Shown: piece by piece, positions 13,168 through 26,559 of the stretch | How the letters are laid out: every line of letters starts with the position of its first letter | How positions within the stretch are numbered: the first letter of the stretch is position 1 | DNA from: Lama guanicoe | Lineage: Eukaryota | DNA: 64,000 bases | Assembly: GCA_013239625.1 (NCBI GenBank) | Contig: MU054187.1 | Location: 1,549,964 to 1,613,963, forward strand | Direction of reading: 5' to 3' | The notes under the pieces: model-generated | Databases searched by the model: none | What the model was told of the DNA's origin: nothing | Seen by the model: the letters and a program-made list of their open reading frames with translations, nothing else | Made by a program: the position numbers and the translations under genes

Positions 13168-13262
13168 CACTCACAAATGCACACACGCTCACATGTGCGC
13201 ACACTCACATGTACACACTCGCATGCATGCACACTTGCACGTGCACACACATGTACAACACT
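13168..13262. repeat. Degenerate CA/TG alternating purine-pyrimidine tract
   Basis: CACACACGCTCACATGTGCGCACACTCACATGTACACACTCGCATGCATGCACAC read directly. Confidence 0.8.
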
Positions 13263-13559
13263 GCCCTCCAGGGTTGGTCTAGCACATAACGAAGGCGGTG
13301 GAGGTGGGAAGGCTTGTAGAAAGAAGAGCGGGGGTGGGAACTGGGGCGGACGGGGCGCTGGAGGCGGGAGGAGGGAGAGGCAGTGACCAGGACGTGGACA
13401 GGGGTCTATGACAAGGTCTTTCTCTCTGGGAGAAGGGCACGCGTCACTCATTCCAGGCTCGCTCAGGCAAAGCACAAGTAGACACCTTCTTACGACTGTG
13501 GATACGCGCTGATGAGGGCACCGAGTTCAGCGTGAACCAAATAATAACACTAAAGCCAC

Positions 13560-13760
13560 CAAATGCCACGGAAGTGCTCGGCGCTTCACGTGCATTTAGC
13601 CATTTTGATCCTCACAACTACGCTGCGAGGCAGGTGGTATAAGTGCGCACATCGTTTAAACGGGGAAACTGGGACAGAGAGGTTAAGTAACCTGCTCAGT
13701 GTCACACCGCATGGAAAGGCTGGACCAGGCTCAGTGCAGGTGGAGATCCAGCAGCCTGCG
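13560..13760 (-). mobile_element. MIR SINE
   Basis: ATCCTCACAAC...GGGGAAACTGGGACAGAGAGGTTAAGTAACCTGCTCAGTGTCACAC matches the reverse complement of the MIR core. Confidence 0.8.
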
Positions 13761-15279
13761 TGGTGGCCCCGAGCCGGCCCCAAAGGACAAGCGAGCAGAC
13801 AGCTGACCGGTGAGTCCTGACCTAGAAAGGCGGGAGCAAGGCCTTCCCAGGTCTGGAAACCAGACTGGGCGCCCCGCACGGAGAAGCCGGGCCCAGGGCC
13901 ACAGAGCTAACCCCAGTAAATCCGCGCCACAGACGAGGCGCTGCTCCCGCCCCTGAAGGCCGCCCCTCCTCCCCTCAGCGCCTGCCTTCCTGGCCCGGGA
14001 AGCCCAGCAGGTCACAGCCAGGTCGTCCTCAGTCACCTGACGCCCACTTCCAGCTCTTAGAAGTGAGTGCTCTGGTGGATGAACGACCCAAGCTCTGTTT
14101 TCCCTCCTCCAGAGTTTCTTAACTTCTTTTGAACCATCCCCCTCGTTTGAATTTTCACCACAAGTAAAACGGGCTTAGCACAGACAGTTCTCAGCGCAGC
14201 CTTCCAGCCGCCACCCGCCAGACGTGCACCTGCGTGCCCGTCTGGGACTTGGGTAACCCGGCGGGACGGAGACGGCCTTCTGTTGGGAGGCCGCCTGCTG
14301 CACGGAACCAGCTGAACTCAGGGCCAGAGACGGGGCGGGGGGGTTAAAACTGCGCACGCTTGACTCAACATCACAGCTACTGGGACGCTGCCGACAAATC
14401 ACACAGGGACATCTCTCATCAGCAGAAGCTGTGGTTTGTACTCCACAGGAAGTAAAGTAATTGACAAATCCTGATTTTTGCATTTAAACATTTTACATCA
14501 GCAATTCACACTAAGTGCTTCGGAAGGAACGCATCACCCCTCCCAGCGCGGCCGCCCTGAGGCCCCGCTGATCGCTGCCGTGCATTTCCCCCAGCGCCTC
14601 CCGGGAATAAATCGCCCCAATTCTGGACTCGCACGGGGACGCCCTGTAAGTCGAATGCTTTCTGCTGGACTTCAATCTCACGCACGGCGGGTATTTGAAT
14701 TCGCTAGTAATGAATGTGAAAAACGCCCAGGAGGACATTTTTGTCCCCAGCAGGGGAATAGAACAACCCAAAGAGCTCTATGAGATTATAATGCAGACGG
14801 CCCTAAGTGTTTTGTCCATATGATTTGACAAATTTTCTAAGAAAATTTTTTCCAAAAAAAAAAACTTACTACTTTAAGTCTATTCAGAACAGTATGGTAC
14901 TTTGCGACTGGTTTGTCTGATTTATGTCATGGTGTCATGGCTTCAGTCCCGTCAGGTAAAGAGGGGCTTAGCTTTGATTTTCACTCTCTTCTCAATGTGA
15001 TGTCGTAGCAAGTCTGCCCTCGCCTAGAACCTTGTTTTCACCAGGCTGTGGAGAATCCTGGCGTTTTCAGGCATCTGTCACAAGTGGATAAATGTAAATG
15101 ATCACTTGAAAGGGTCTGAAATCTGTTTAAATCACTTCAAAGAATTTAAACCTATATGCATGAGTAGCTATTTCTTGGTATGTTGAAAGCAGGAGCTCAT
15201 CACCATCGTCACTGAAAGCTTATTCACATACCGCCTCCCTAGATAATTTCATCTGTGCCTGCGGCTTCAGTGCCCATCT

Positions 15280-16260
15280 CCGTGCGGAAGGCAGACAGAC
15301 TGCATCTGCAGATTTACCTCTGAGATCTACAGCCACACACCTGACACCTTCTTAAATGCCCGCTGGACGCCTGCGAGGGACCTCACACCCCGTGCGCCCG
15401 AAGCCCAAGGCGTCGCCTGCCCCCAGCGCACCTGCTCTCCTCCGCTGTGAGCGGCTCAGTCAGCAGAGCCACAGGCAGCAGCGCGTGCCAGTGAGAAGCA
15501 GCGCTGACACCCCCTCGGCCCTCCCTGCACCACAGTTACTACAGATCACTTCGACTTTGCCTCCGAATACCTCCCGAGCGCACCCCGATGCCCTCTCATC
15601 CGGCCTCTCTCACTAGACCAGACTGCGCCGTCCGGGACTGCGAGACCAGGACCACCCACTGGTCTGCCTGCGTCCGTCAGCTCTGCCTGCTCTGCAGACA
15701 CCTCTTCGAGCTCTTCAGGCTTTGGACGGATATGGATGAAGGTAAAATTCTTCCCCAGAGCCCCGTGCCTTCACGATCCTGCCTGAAGACGCTTCTGCAG
15801 CCCCCCACCCCACTCTCCTTCACCGGCTCCAGCCGGCTCCCCATCGCTCGTATTTGCTGCATTCCTGCACACCCAGTCTTTGCACAGGTGTCTTCCCAGC
15901 TTGATGACCTTTCTCTCCACATCTGCCTGGTGAACCGCTACCCAGGTTTTGGATCTCTGGGTCCCGGCTGTCTTACTTCCTCCAGGAAGCCCTCCCTGAG
16001 CCCCTTGTGGAGGCCCCACCCCAGCCCCGCCAGCAGTGCAAGGTGCAGTTGGACAGCACTCAAGTGACTCTCTGACCGGGTCTGTCTACCCTAACCAGAT
16101 CCTGCGCCCACGAGACAGAGACCACAGTGGGTTTAAGCGCATCCCCACATCCCACGGCCCCACCGCCAGCTTCACAGGCAGCGACTCGGCACAGAGCTGA
16201 CCACGGAGACAGTGAGTGACCAGCAATACATTCGCACAAGCTTTCCCTCGGCAAACAGGA
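15280..16260 (+). mobile_element. Degenerate L2 fragments
   Basis: Pyrimidine-rich L2-like blocks, e.g. TTACTTCCTCCAGGAAGCCCTCCCTGAGCCCC. Patchy similarity only. Confidence 0.4.
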
Positions 16261-18436
16261 ACTCCCAGTACATGAGGCGGGCTCACGAACCCTAACAAAA
16301 GCTCTGAATGAACACGGCTCAGCATCCAGCAAGGGCGTCACCTGTCCTGAGGGAGAACCACCGAGCGCCGCCTGGCCTGACCTTTGTGAGGCCTGTGATC
16401 ACGCACGTTCAGCTGTGTTTCCTGCGACCTCGCAGACTCGCTGGGCCCCAGGAGCCCAGCGGAGATGGCGCAAACCCTCCTGGCGTCCTCCGGATCACTC
16501 TCAGCCCGAGGCAACGTCCTGGACTCACCGACGTCTGCTTTACCGGGGAAAATGCTTCCTTACACAACCACCCCAGGTCTCAGGCCACCAAGACGAGGGC
16601 ACAAGTCTCCCCAGGCTCTGACACTCAGAGCAGCACGGGTGGCCAAGAACGCCAACAAAGACGGCGGGGCGGGAAGGGTCCTGGGGTGGGACGCTGCTGG
16701 GGTCGATCCACCCTCGTCCTGACCTCACTGGGCCCTCAAACCAGCGCACCGAGCGGTGCCTGGCGTCACCCTGGCGACCGCTGTGAACCATCGGAGCAGA
16801 GACCAGGCGAGAACACGCTCTTCATCCGTATCCAGCTGCACAGTCAGGACAGGATCCAAGCTCGGTGCCCCAGCCTGTTTGTAAAGAGGAGCTACTTCCA
16901 TTTCCTCAAAAGCCTTGAGATCACAAAGAAACCAGGAGAGCTCCCGGCAGAGGGAAATCGCGTCGTGTGTGTCTGTAAAACAGAAGCTAAGGAAATAAGG
17001 ATGGGGAGCAGGCAGCCGAGGGCATGTCTAAAGTAAGGGCTCGAGGAGCCGGGGGAGGGAGCCCGGGGGGGCAGCTGACTTGGGGGCCACCGTGTTCTGA
17101 GCCTGCGTCCACATCCACGTGCTGGTGTGACCCCAACTCTCCACACAAGTCAGATGCCATCAAAACAAGCGTTTTCTGGCTTCAGTGCACAACAGCAAGT
17201 AAGAATAATCTGTCAGAGCAATAAATTATTCATACAATTTAGGAGTTAATTAAGCGTCCGAATGGAGATCTTTATTTCAGAGCACAGTAAATTGTTCTCA
17301 CTGATTTAAAAAAAAACCAGACTAAATTATCATAATCCATTAGGTTTAAGAGAAGAGCTTTCTAGTATCCTGTCTGCATGCTGTGCTGAAGTCTGCACCG
17401 GGGCATTCTACCAACACGCACCGTACACAGGACTGTATTTATCCTGAAGAAGTGAACACCAGTTAAACATCACACTGTGCAAGTCTGACTCCTCCAGGAG
17501 CTGCTTCAGTCCTAAAAGTTATAGGAGTCATGGGAAAAGTCATGCCTCTGAAACAGCTTCGGCTCAGCCCGCTGAGAGCTGGAACGGGCCTTCGCCCTCT
17601 CACCTCAAGCCTGTACGTCTCACCTGAACTGCAACAGCAGCAGCCACCCTGCCACGGCCGCAGCACAGACAACAGGTGTGAACGGTCCACCTGGACCAGC
17701 CTCCCACGCTGGGTCATCTGACAACGCTCGCAGAAAGCGTGCTGTTACGCCGTCCCCTTGCCAGGGTCACTAATGTGTCCCCAGCGTCTCTGGCTGGAAT
17801 GCAGGTTTCCCAAGATCCAGTGCCCAGGGTGACCGCCCTCCTCCCTCACAGGGGCTAACCGTCCTCCAGCCAAATTTCCACCTGCCTGTCTCTGAGTCTC
17901 CCCCGACCCTGCTTCTTCCTGCGATGTCTAATGTAGGAAACGTTTCCGCTGCACTTAGACTCCACTCATGTGGTACTTTCTCCACTAAGAGCGAGACGGT
18001 CGCTCACGTCGGAGGCGACTTCCCTCGGCCACGCCCCTTCGGCGTGTTGAACCCTGGGAGCTTTCCTGAGTGCCTGGGACGTGTGAGACGAGAGCCCTGA
18101 CCTGCTCGGAGACGAGAGTCTGGGAGGAGGTAAGAGACAAGAAGTCAGTGCCCACATCTCGCAGGACGTGTGTGCTGGTAACGGTGTGCAGGAGGGGCCC
18201 CGGCGTGTAACGGAGCTCAGCCAGACCTAAGGGTCAAGGCTGATCAGAGAATAGGGTCTTCAGCCGACTTTGGTGGACACGCTGTACTTACTTAGATGCA
18301 AAAGAGCAGAGGCAGTTTAGGAAGTGGGGCGACAGGCGCACGAGAGCCCAGAGGCGCGAAGCCCGGGGCCCCTTCACGGGACAGGAGGGGTGGGCCGGAG
18401 GCGGGAAGCCCACGGGGCTCCGGGAAGGTCACTCAC

Positions 18437-18542
18437 GTCCTTCCTGCTCAACAGGGAGGTTCCAACAGATGTAAAGAAATGGACTTTCTCCAAGAAATGT
18501 TCGTTTTAAAAACATCATTCTGGTGGCCATGTGAACAAAAGA
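18437..18542 (-). other. Candidate exon (106 nt) of an unidentified transcript
   Basis: Minus-strand acceptor TCTCTCTCTCTGGAGCTAATGTGCAG and donor GAC|GTGAGT. One open frame, product unrecognised. Confidence 0.18.
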
Positions 18543-19659
18543 CTGCACATTAGCTCCAGAGAGAGAGAGACAAGTGAGGTTGGTGGCTCTAACTCCGGGT
18601 GATTCTGCCCACGGCCGGCGGGGAAGGTGTGGGGAAGCTGCTGTTTCTCACAGCCAGGGCCGCCGGTGCATCTCGAGGGAGGAGGCCAGAAGGTCACTCA
18701 ACGTCCCCCGAGGCAAGGGAGGCCCAACCGCCCAGCGCGTCCAGGAGGCAGAACTCTGAGCTGCAGCCTGCTCTGACCTTTAAGCAGGAAGAGCAGCGGC
18801 GACTTTGGGTCAGCGTGTGGACCACAGACCGTGGAAGAGCCGCCCGGGGGAAACAACAGGAGGGGGTGCAACTTAAAGGCGCTGGAGAAGAAGCAAACCG
18901 AGGAAGACTGCCCAGCGGGGAGGGCGGGCGGGCGGCGTCCCGGGAGCCTCGCAGTGGCCTGTGCTCTCCGCAGGGTGAGAGGCGTGAGGGGACAGAAGGG
19001 CACACTCTGAGCCGTCGTCACAGCAGGAGGGGTTTGGGGAATGGGCGTCATCAGGACCGGGGAGGACAGACGGTGGTGGAGGAAGGGGCAGCACAAGGCA
19101 TGTGACACAGGGACAGCCCCGTCACCCACCACCCATCACCCAGGCCTTTTCGGGACGGAAGTGTGGCCTGGGGCACAGGGGCCCAACTCCCTCCTGACTC
19201 AGCCCCGACCTGTTCTCTGCAAGGCGGAGTGAACAGCGCCCCCCGTCAGGGTGATGACCTTGCAGATCACACGCAGAAGTCGCCCGGCGCCCCCCCTGAG
19301 AGATGGCAGGCGTCCCACTGGAGGGCGAGGGCAGAGGAGGCTGAGGAAACCCACGCACCTCGCCCCCGAGGCAAGGGCTCCCCTGTCCGGCACACAGTGG
19401 GGCCCAGAGCCCCCGAGAGCAGCGGCTGACGTGGACCGGCGTGGGGACCCTGGGGCGGAGCTCTGTGAAAACCTGGAGGGGACAACCTGGTTTGGTGCTG
19501 AGGCCACAGCAGGGCCTCCCCCGCCTGCTTCCAAATCCACACACGGGGCCGTCCTCCTCACACTTATTGGCAGAGGCCGGCCCGGGACTGGAGAGCACAC
19601 TTAACGCCACGTCACAGCCAGGCTGTGTGAGGGGATGGCGGGCTGGCTGCGGACAGGGC

Positions 19660-20063
19660 AGAGACGTTCCCCAGTCCCACGCATACTGCTCCCCGCACGG
19701 CAGGCAAATGAATCCCAGGATGAGGTGCTGGGGACAAGGAGTGGCGGCTTTATTCAGAAATCCAGCAGACCAAGAGGAGGGTGGACCAGGGTCCCAAAGA
19801 GTCGTCTTGCCTGAGTTAGACTTCAGGCCTCTTTCATACTAAGCGGGGAGGGAATACAGTCAGACATCTCCTGGTTCTCATCAGCTGCTGGAGGGGGCTC
19901 ATGTCTTCCTCCCTGCAGTCATTCCCCGGTGGCCTCGGCAGGAGGTGTCCTGGGAGCTGAACAGAGGTGTTTAGCGTAACCTCATTGCTTGGCAGGTGGG
20001 GCTCCTGGAGATGGGCCGTATGTCCCGCTTGATCACTAGGCAACGTCCCTTTAGTGATTAACA
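19660..20063 (-). mobile_element. Probable solo ERV1-class LTR, reverse orientation
   Basis: GGCTTTATTCAGAAATCCAGCAGACCAAGAGGAGGGTGGACC carries a minus-strand AATAAA in LTR-like context; the element ends ...GTGATTAACA. Left boundary uncertain. Confidence 0.55.
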
Positions 20064-20455
20064 AGCAACAGATACCAGGGCTCAAGTAAAAGAAACAGGC
20101 CCAGTGTGGAGTCGAGTTTGCCCTTCCCTGTTGCAGAAGGAGCAGGTGGGCCGGCCTCCGCCGCGGGCCACACGGGGTGACTCTGGCCCAGGGACATCAA
20201 GCACCAGCTCACGGAGCCCTCTCCCCATCCTGTGGGGAGGGCAGGGGGAAGGCACCGCCCCCTCGCGCACACACTGACCTTGAGGACGAGCGTTAGAGGA
20301 ACCGGCGGCGAGCAGCAGAAGCGCCCACTCCCAGGGGATGGTGTCGCTGCGTCTCCTCCAGGCCTGGACGCTGAGGTCCCGTCACCCAGCCAAGGGACTT
20401 GCTAAACTACTTTAGCTGAATTTAAAATGAAGGGGGAAATGACATGATCTCTTAC

Positions 20456-20588
20456 TTCCTTCACGCGCGGTGACTTTACGGCTTTGTCGCAGGGGACAAC
20501 ATTCATCCGCTCAGACGGCCCCTCCCGAGACCTGTCCCATGGACTCTCCCAAGTGGGGCTTTCTGTGCAGTTCACACGTCTACTGAAG
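20456..20588 (-). other. Candidate exon (133 nt) of an unidentified transcript
   Basis: Acceptor CTTTGTCCATTTTCAAAG and donor GAA|GTAAGA. Open frame FSRRVNCTESPTWESPWDRSREGPSERMNVVPCDKAVKSPRVKE, unrecognised. Confidence 0.22.
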
Positions 20589-21430
20589 CTTTGAAAATGG
20601 ACAAAGTATAGAGCACTTCAGGCCAAAGCAGCCTAACGTGGGACTCTCGGAGCTCACGCCTCGAAGAAAAGAGAACAGCAGAGCTGCACCAGCGCGGGCA
20701 GAGACCCGTGGCGGGACAGGAGGGCTGCACCACCGGCCACGTGAGACCAAGGTGGGAGAGAACCCGGACAGGACACGAACCGGGACTCCTGGGACGTGCG
20801 ACGGCACGGTCGGACGTCAGACAGCAAGGGCCGGAGCCGGGAGGGGGAAAGAGCCCGGTGTGTGCGGTCCGGGCCCTCCAGGCAGGTCTGTCTGTGAGCA
20901 GAGCGCAGACAAAGGACGGCGTGGGCGGGGGGGGTCCCACCTGCTGTGGAATGAGCGCCTCCTGCCACGCAGCCTCCAGAGCTGCACGCGAAGGACCTCC
21001 CTTTTGTAGCAGCGTCAGGAAGTTGAAATCTGTCAAACAGAGTGGACTCCAGGGCACAGGGAGATGAGCAGGTGGCAGGGGTGGCAAAGGGGTCCCGACG
21101 GGGGCTGACGTCCGAGGGGCTCCTGGCCACACAAGGCTGTGCACCCTGCCCGGTGCTCAGCGGAAAGCGGGGGACTGGTGGGGAGAAGGCTCTGAAGACG
21201 GAGCAGTGAGGAATGCACAGGAGGCCAGCATTCCCCAGGGCCCGGCTGGGGCCTTATGCCCGAGCCCTGCCCACTGGGGAGCCGCGTCCCTGCTCCCCTG
21301 TGAACGTCACTGGGACTCCCCTCGGTGGGGGGACACGGCCGAGAAGCTGGGACCAGAAAAGGCCTTAGTTCTCACACCAGTACGACTTCACTGCCTTCTT
21401 ATGACCAGAGACAAGCAGGGCACTGACCAC

Positions 21431-21932
21431 TGTACCAACGCGAATGAGAAACTCTGCAGCCAGACCAGCAAAGAATGCTGCGGCCACCAGGCCATCAGCC
21501 GCTTCCGCCACCCCCGACAGGGAGCGGAGGGAGCTCAGGATGGGGACAGGCAGCAGCCCGGCAGCTGCAGCCCCCCCAGCAGTGCCCCCTGAGGGGGCTC
21601 AGGGTGGGGAAGAACAGGACACGCCCTCCACAGCTAGGCGCCCATCAGAGGAATGATTTCAATGAGCCCAGACGGTTGCACCTTCCCATACGCACAAAAG
21701 GGCTAAATTCCTTAACTTGTGACATCAGGTTTTCTTTAATCAACAGTCATCTTTTGATGTTCTGACTACCTGGTCCCTGCGGCACAACTCCTGTGCCTCC
21801 TGGCTCCTCCCAGGCCCCTTCGGGGAAGTTTCTCAGACCCATCTGGCAGGCTGCCACCCTGGCTTCAAGTCCTCAAAGTCTGCCGCACAAACACAGCTCT
21901 CAACTTGCAGGCTGTGCATTTCTCAGGCGACA
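21431..21932 (+). mobile_element. Probable solo ERV1 LTR (MER34/MER39-like terminus)
   Basis: Ends CTCTCAACTTGCAGGCTGTGCATTTCTCAGGCGACA, like MER34/39-group LTR ends. Starts at TGTACC (start uncertain). Confidence 0.6.
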
Positions 21933-24418
21933 CCAGTAACAAAACGCTTCACAAGGAAACAAGGAGGTGGTAGTAAAAGTTACTCCAACAGCAATACAGG
22001 CCACCAGATGCACAACATTTTAAAACATGCCGTAAATGCACTTGTTCAGTAAGGAGGAGCGGTGCGCTCTGGGTGACCCGCCACGGACGCAGCTTCCTTT
22101 TGCTTTAAATCGGCTGGAGAAACTCAAATTCACTTTCTAAACACGTACACTGCAAACGTCAGACGGCAGTGTGCTCCTACCAACTCTCCCAACTCTAAAA
22201 TTCCACAGTTCTCGAAACGTCCTTCTGGGCTAGAACACACCCTCAGCTGAACCATTAAACCCAATTTCTAGCCGCGGCTGATGGCCTCCGGGGGGTTTAC
22301 AGCCTGCGGGGAACTAGAAACGTCTCTGACCAAAGCTTCCCGTAAACAGCCACTGTTTCTCTGTGCCCATAGCTAGGGTTTTATTTTATATTTCAGTTCC
22401 GGATTGAAGACTTTACAGATTACAGGAGCCCTGTCAGCCATGAATAGACCGGCTTACAGTCACTGAGCAGGAGCGCAGGGCTGGGAGCCTCCCCGGGAAA
22501 GGCGGTTGTGGCTAAAATCCTGGGTGTGTGAGTATTGCTTTGAGAATCAATTGCTTCCATCTCGGTTGGAAGCATAAGAAATAAATAGAGTTGATGAGCC
22601 TTGAACACATGGAAGATGACAGTACAGGAAAAGACACAAAGACAAAACCACAGCAGGAGTTGTATGAACTAGTTAATGAACAAAACTGCAAAGAGATGTC
22701 ATCGTTCAACCAGCAAATGTGAAATGTTTCCAAATTAGAACCCTCCTTCCCTTCCTGTTAAGCCATTAACTTTACAGCAGGAGACAAAGTGTCAGGTTTC
22801 TACGTATGGAACGTCACTGGCCGAAGCTTCCCAAATGCAAAATCTATGACCTTCTTAAGTATGTTCAGTATTATATTCTAAAAATTCACGTGCCACGTTT
22901 CGATGTGTGGGGTTTTTTGTTTGCTTTTTGTTTTTCTTATTTATCCTGCTTGGTGTCCTACGTACATAGAGGGGGAAACGCACAAAAAAATTGCACAGAC
23001 TGACACAAAAATTGTGGCTGTCCTGACATCGTATTTCTATAGTTTCTCCCTCTTTCCTCACTTGAAATTTCATGAGATGTCAAAGTGCTCGCTTGGCGCA
23101 AGTCTTCATGTTAACACAGACACGTAATAGTTTTTTGAAACCTCTGAGTAATGGTTTAAGCCACTTGGATGTGAAACTCAATTCAGAATCACAATGAAGG
23201 TATAGTAAGTCATATTCTTTTCAATAATAAAATAATCAAAAGGACATACATTCAGCTTTAGGGACATTTTCTTTCTATTTCTGACTCAGAAAGGATATCA
23301 TTAAAGCTTTCTCTGAAAAAAAAATGTAATTTTAAAGAGCAAATTTTATATTTATAAAAATCCTTCTGAGATGAAAAGCAGGATTCCACGGTTCAGATCA
23401 AAGAGCCCAGTCTTACTTCTTCTATTCGACTGATGTGCGATGTGCCCGGTGCCCAGAGGAGCCCCGAGTGTGGAAACACCGCACAGCCACTTCTGATTAG
23501 AAATACGAGTCCAGGAGGAAGCTGACTTCCGCTTGGCCCTCTGAGCAGGTAAACTGGCATTTAAGCCTGAGCCTCTGTGAGGATCTTGGCTTTGACAGAC
23601 ATAAATTACAGTCTTTCCAAGAATATACTTTCATTTATATTTCGCCTTCAGAGTAAAAGGATTGACAGTCAGAAAACCCATGATGATCAATCAGTAGCAT
23701 TTTTTCATGGCTCATCCTTTTAGTTCAAATTGACATTCTATCCCGGTCTGTTTCTGCACAAAGTCAGGTTTAAAATATCAGCATTCCCTAGAGGTTACAG
23801 TATTATCCTCATTTGCCAAAATGAGGTGGGAACACAAGGAAATGACAGAATTTTCTCGAGTCGCACAGCCACCTGGTTCCTGGCCCGGCCATCCTGTGAG
23901 TCCCTGCTCGGTAGTAATGCCACCAGGGCGGCTTTAACTGTTTCACGACACAAGGGGTCACCTGATCTGCATAAATTGTGTGTTAAATAGATGCTCAGGG
24001 CCCTGAAAAAGGCAAAGTGCCTCCAAGGCCCTGCTGCAAAACCAAAGCTTGAGGAAGGCAGGAACCAGACGCTGTCAGGGCCGCGGGGCTTCATACCGTC
24101 AACTCTTATTCACCATTTATTCTGATGATCAAAAAGCTCTAATTATCCGGCTTTTATTTTGTACTAGCATTTTCTGCCCTTTCCTCTCTTTGAAGAAAAA
24201 CTACAAAAATAACTAGAACAATATTAGGAAGTCCCTTCACTCCAGTGTGACCTTCCATGACTAAGTCTCCACTCTGGGTGAGCATTACCACTTGCTTGGG
24301 GAACCTTTATTTTTCAAAGTTTATAAGTATATATTTACATATTCATATATGCAAATACACACACACTGGTTGCAAGTGCATTACAGTGTTAATACTTGGA
24401 ATTATGGCTGATTTGATC

Positions 24419-24578
24419 TTTTTTAATTGAAGTATACAGTTGATTTACAGTGTTGCATTCATTTCTAAAACACAACGCAGATGAACTTATTTACAAAAGA
24501 GAAACAGACTCAGACACAGAAAACGCACTTATGGTTACGGGGGAGGGGAGAGGGATAAGTTAGCTCAGGATGAGCAGA
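24419..24578 (-). mobile_element. Short L1 3' end with internal inversion
   Basis: 24419-24466 is a T-tract plus reverse-complement L1 terminus (TTAATTGAAGTATACAGTTGATTTACAGTGTTG). 24467-24578 is forward L1 3' UTR (ATGAACTTATTTACAAAAGAGAAACAGACTC...CTTATGGTTAC). Confidence 0.75.
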
Positions 24579-24839
24579 GAACTTCTTTTTCAATGTGGAT
24601 GCGAGACACTCAGTCTGAGAGACTCTGGTGTAAGTTGGTGGGGGTGGGGGACACGGTCATCCTTACTTCTCACGAATTCTCCGGGTGACTCTTAAAACAG
24701 CTCCCGTGGAAACCCACTGCCCTGCCCCAGTAAATACGCTCCCACAGTGCACCCGCGAAGCGCTAAGTACAGTAGAGCACGTCCTGGAGCAAGGGTCCTT
24801 GTGTAGCGGGCCGAGCGCTGCGACCGCACCCGGACCAGC

Positions 24840-26100
24840 CCAGGACCAGCCGCCCACGGAGGTCACACACGCTGCTGCTCGGGGAGCGGAGGCGCCACCC
24901 GACGCGGGCTTGGCTGCGCCTCGCGCGGCTTCGAAGTCTTGGTCCGAGCTGCTTTGCCAGAGCAGCGGCTTTGCTGCTACTGAAAGGTTCGTGCAAAATA
25001 AAGCTCATCGCGGGAGCTTGGCGCGGCGCGGCGCAGCGCAGGTGAGCGCTGATGCAATCATCCGTGCCGCTGCTCCTTGTGTGTTTCCTCCAGGGACAAC
25101 TTCCCACGAACTTGGCCTCTGCCCGCCTGGTGGCCAGCTTCCACCGAGCCTCACGGGGAGAACCGAGGGGCCCGCCGCCCCTGGTCTGCCACACGCCAAC
25201 GACGGCACCTCCTGGGTCCCCGGAAACGAACGGCTAACGGCAAAGGGCTGCTTCCTTCTCCACCCGACGCCTTCACCGGCGAGCACAAAAGCCGGAGAAG
25301 CGTGCTTTGGGCTTCGACGCCGCTGGCTTCGCAGGCTGTCCCGTGGGGCACGCTGGGCTCCCCACCCGTCTCCACTGCAGACACGTTTCTCAGCGCCGCT
25401 CCTGCCCGCCCGACAGCGTGTCCCGTTTGGGTTTTGTCGTCGGCGCCCTCCGCACGCGACCCTCTGTAAGCACGAGCGAGAACAAGGGCCCAGCTTCGCT
25501 GCTAGAGGAGCGAGCGCCCCCGCGGGCTCACGGAAGCCGAGGCGCGGGGCGGGGGGCCCGGGGCCCCGCCCCCGGGGCGCGCGCGGCTCCCTGAGACCCC
25601 GGCCCCCGCGAGACGGCGCAGGGCGCCAGCGGGCGGGCCACGCCGCCCGTCGGCTGCAACTGGGTGGTGCGGCCGGTTCACAGCGACAGGCCACCCGGCA
25701 CTGGCACCGTGGCGGAACACGGTAGAATGGCTTCGTTTTCTTCGTGAACGCTCACGGGAGGGAACGTGAGAAAGAGACCAGTGACGGGAAAACGGCCTAA
25801 GTCACAGGGAAAACCAGCCTCACTCAGGGTGGCGCGCACCGGGGAGGGAAAGGAGGTGACCGGCGGGTCAGCGGACCAGCACCTTGAGAACGGGGGCGTC
25901 TGCTTTCCTCCCGGAGGGGGCACAGAGCAGCTGGTTGCAAATGAGGGAGAAAGTGGCTGAGGTAAACCCGACAGAGCCGCAAAGAGTGGCCCAGGAGGAG
26001 AAGCAACAGCGCAGAAAGCCCCCGCGTGGCAGCTGCAGGTGTCACATCATGAAGGGAGGCCCCGTCGGGGGAGAGGGGGCGGGAGGAAGGCCAGTGCAGA
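24840..26100. promoter_or_regulatory. CpG island
   Basis: About 1.2 kb of very high GC and CG density, GC boxes (GGGGCGGGG near 25545), + strand CAG|GTGAGC near 25041. No associated gene recognised. Confidence 0.75.
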
Positions 26101-26559
26101 CGATGGAAGAGACGAGAAAGAAAGGATGGCGTCAGGGCTCAGTGTGGAGTGTTTTATAAACAGAAATGGAAATTCTGGAACACGAAGCCGGTTTGAAAGA
26201 AGAAATGTTGAAATAAGACTTGATGGTTCTTTTTTGTGGAGAAGAAATACAAGAAACAATGTCATTAGTAATTTTAATACTGAGTTTTTAGGATAAACAC
26301 AGAAAGATATAAAAATGAACGGCGAGTACGTACAATGAAGGCTAATGTAAAGGTGACGTCTCAGCCCCAGGACGATCAGGAGCTTTTGGAGAAACGGAGG
26401 ACAACGAGGAAGGAGGGAGATGGCGGAGGAGCTGCCCACGCGGGACAGTAGCGGCAGGGGCCTGAGTTCATCAGGAAACGCGAACCAAGAGCTTAGTCGC
26501 AGCAACAGCAAATGTCACGTGCTGAAAGGTCAGTTCAGTAAACAACGTGCAGAGATTCG

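Noticed and set aside
14830..14848. Short AT-rich palindrome AAATTTTCT-A-AGAAAATTT (similar one at 58071-58115)
   Set aside because: Low-complexity and short; no evidence of function.
16308..17036. 242-aa ORF
   Set aside because: No recognisable homology or exon structure; consistent with chance in GC-rich DNA.
24685..25725. 346-aa + strand ORF and overlapping 229-aa minus-strand ORF
   Set aside because: They lie in a CpG island where stop codons are rare, are Ala/Arg/Pro/Gly-biased, are open in several frames, and show no recognisable domain.
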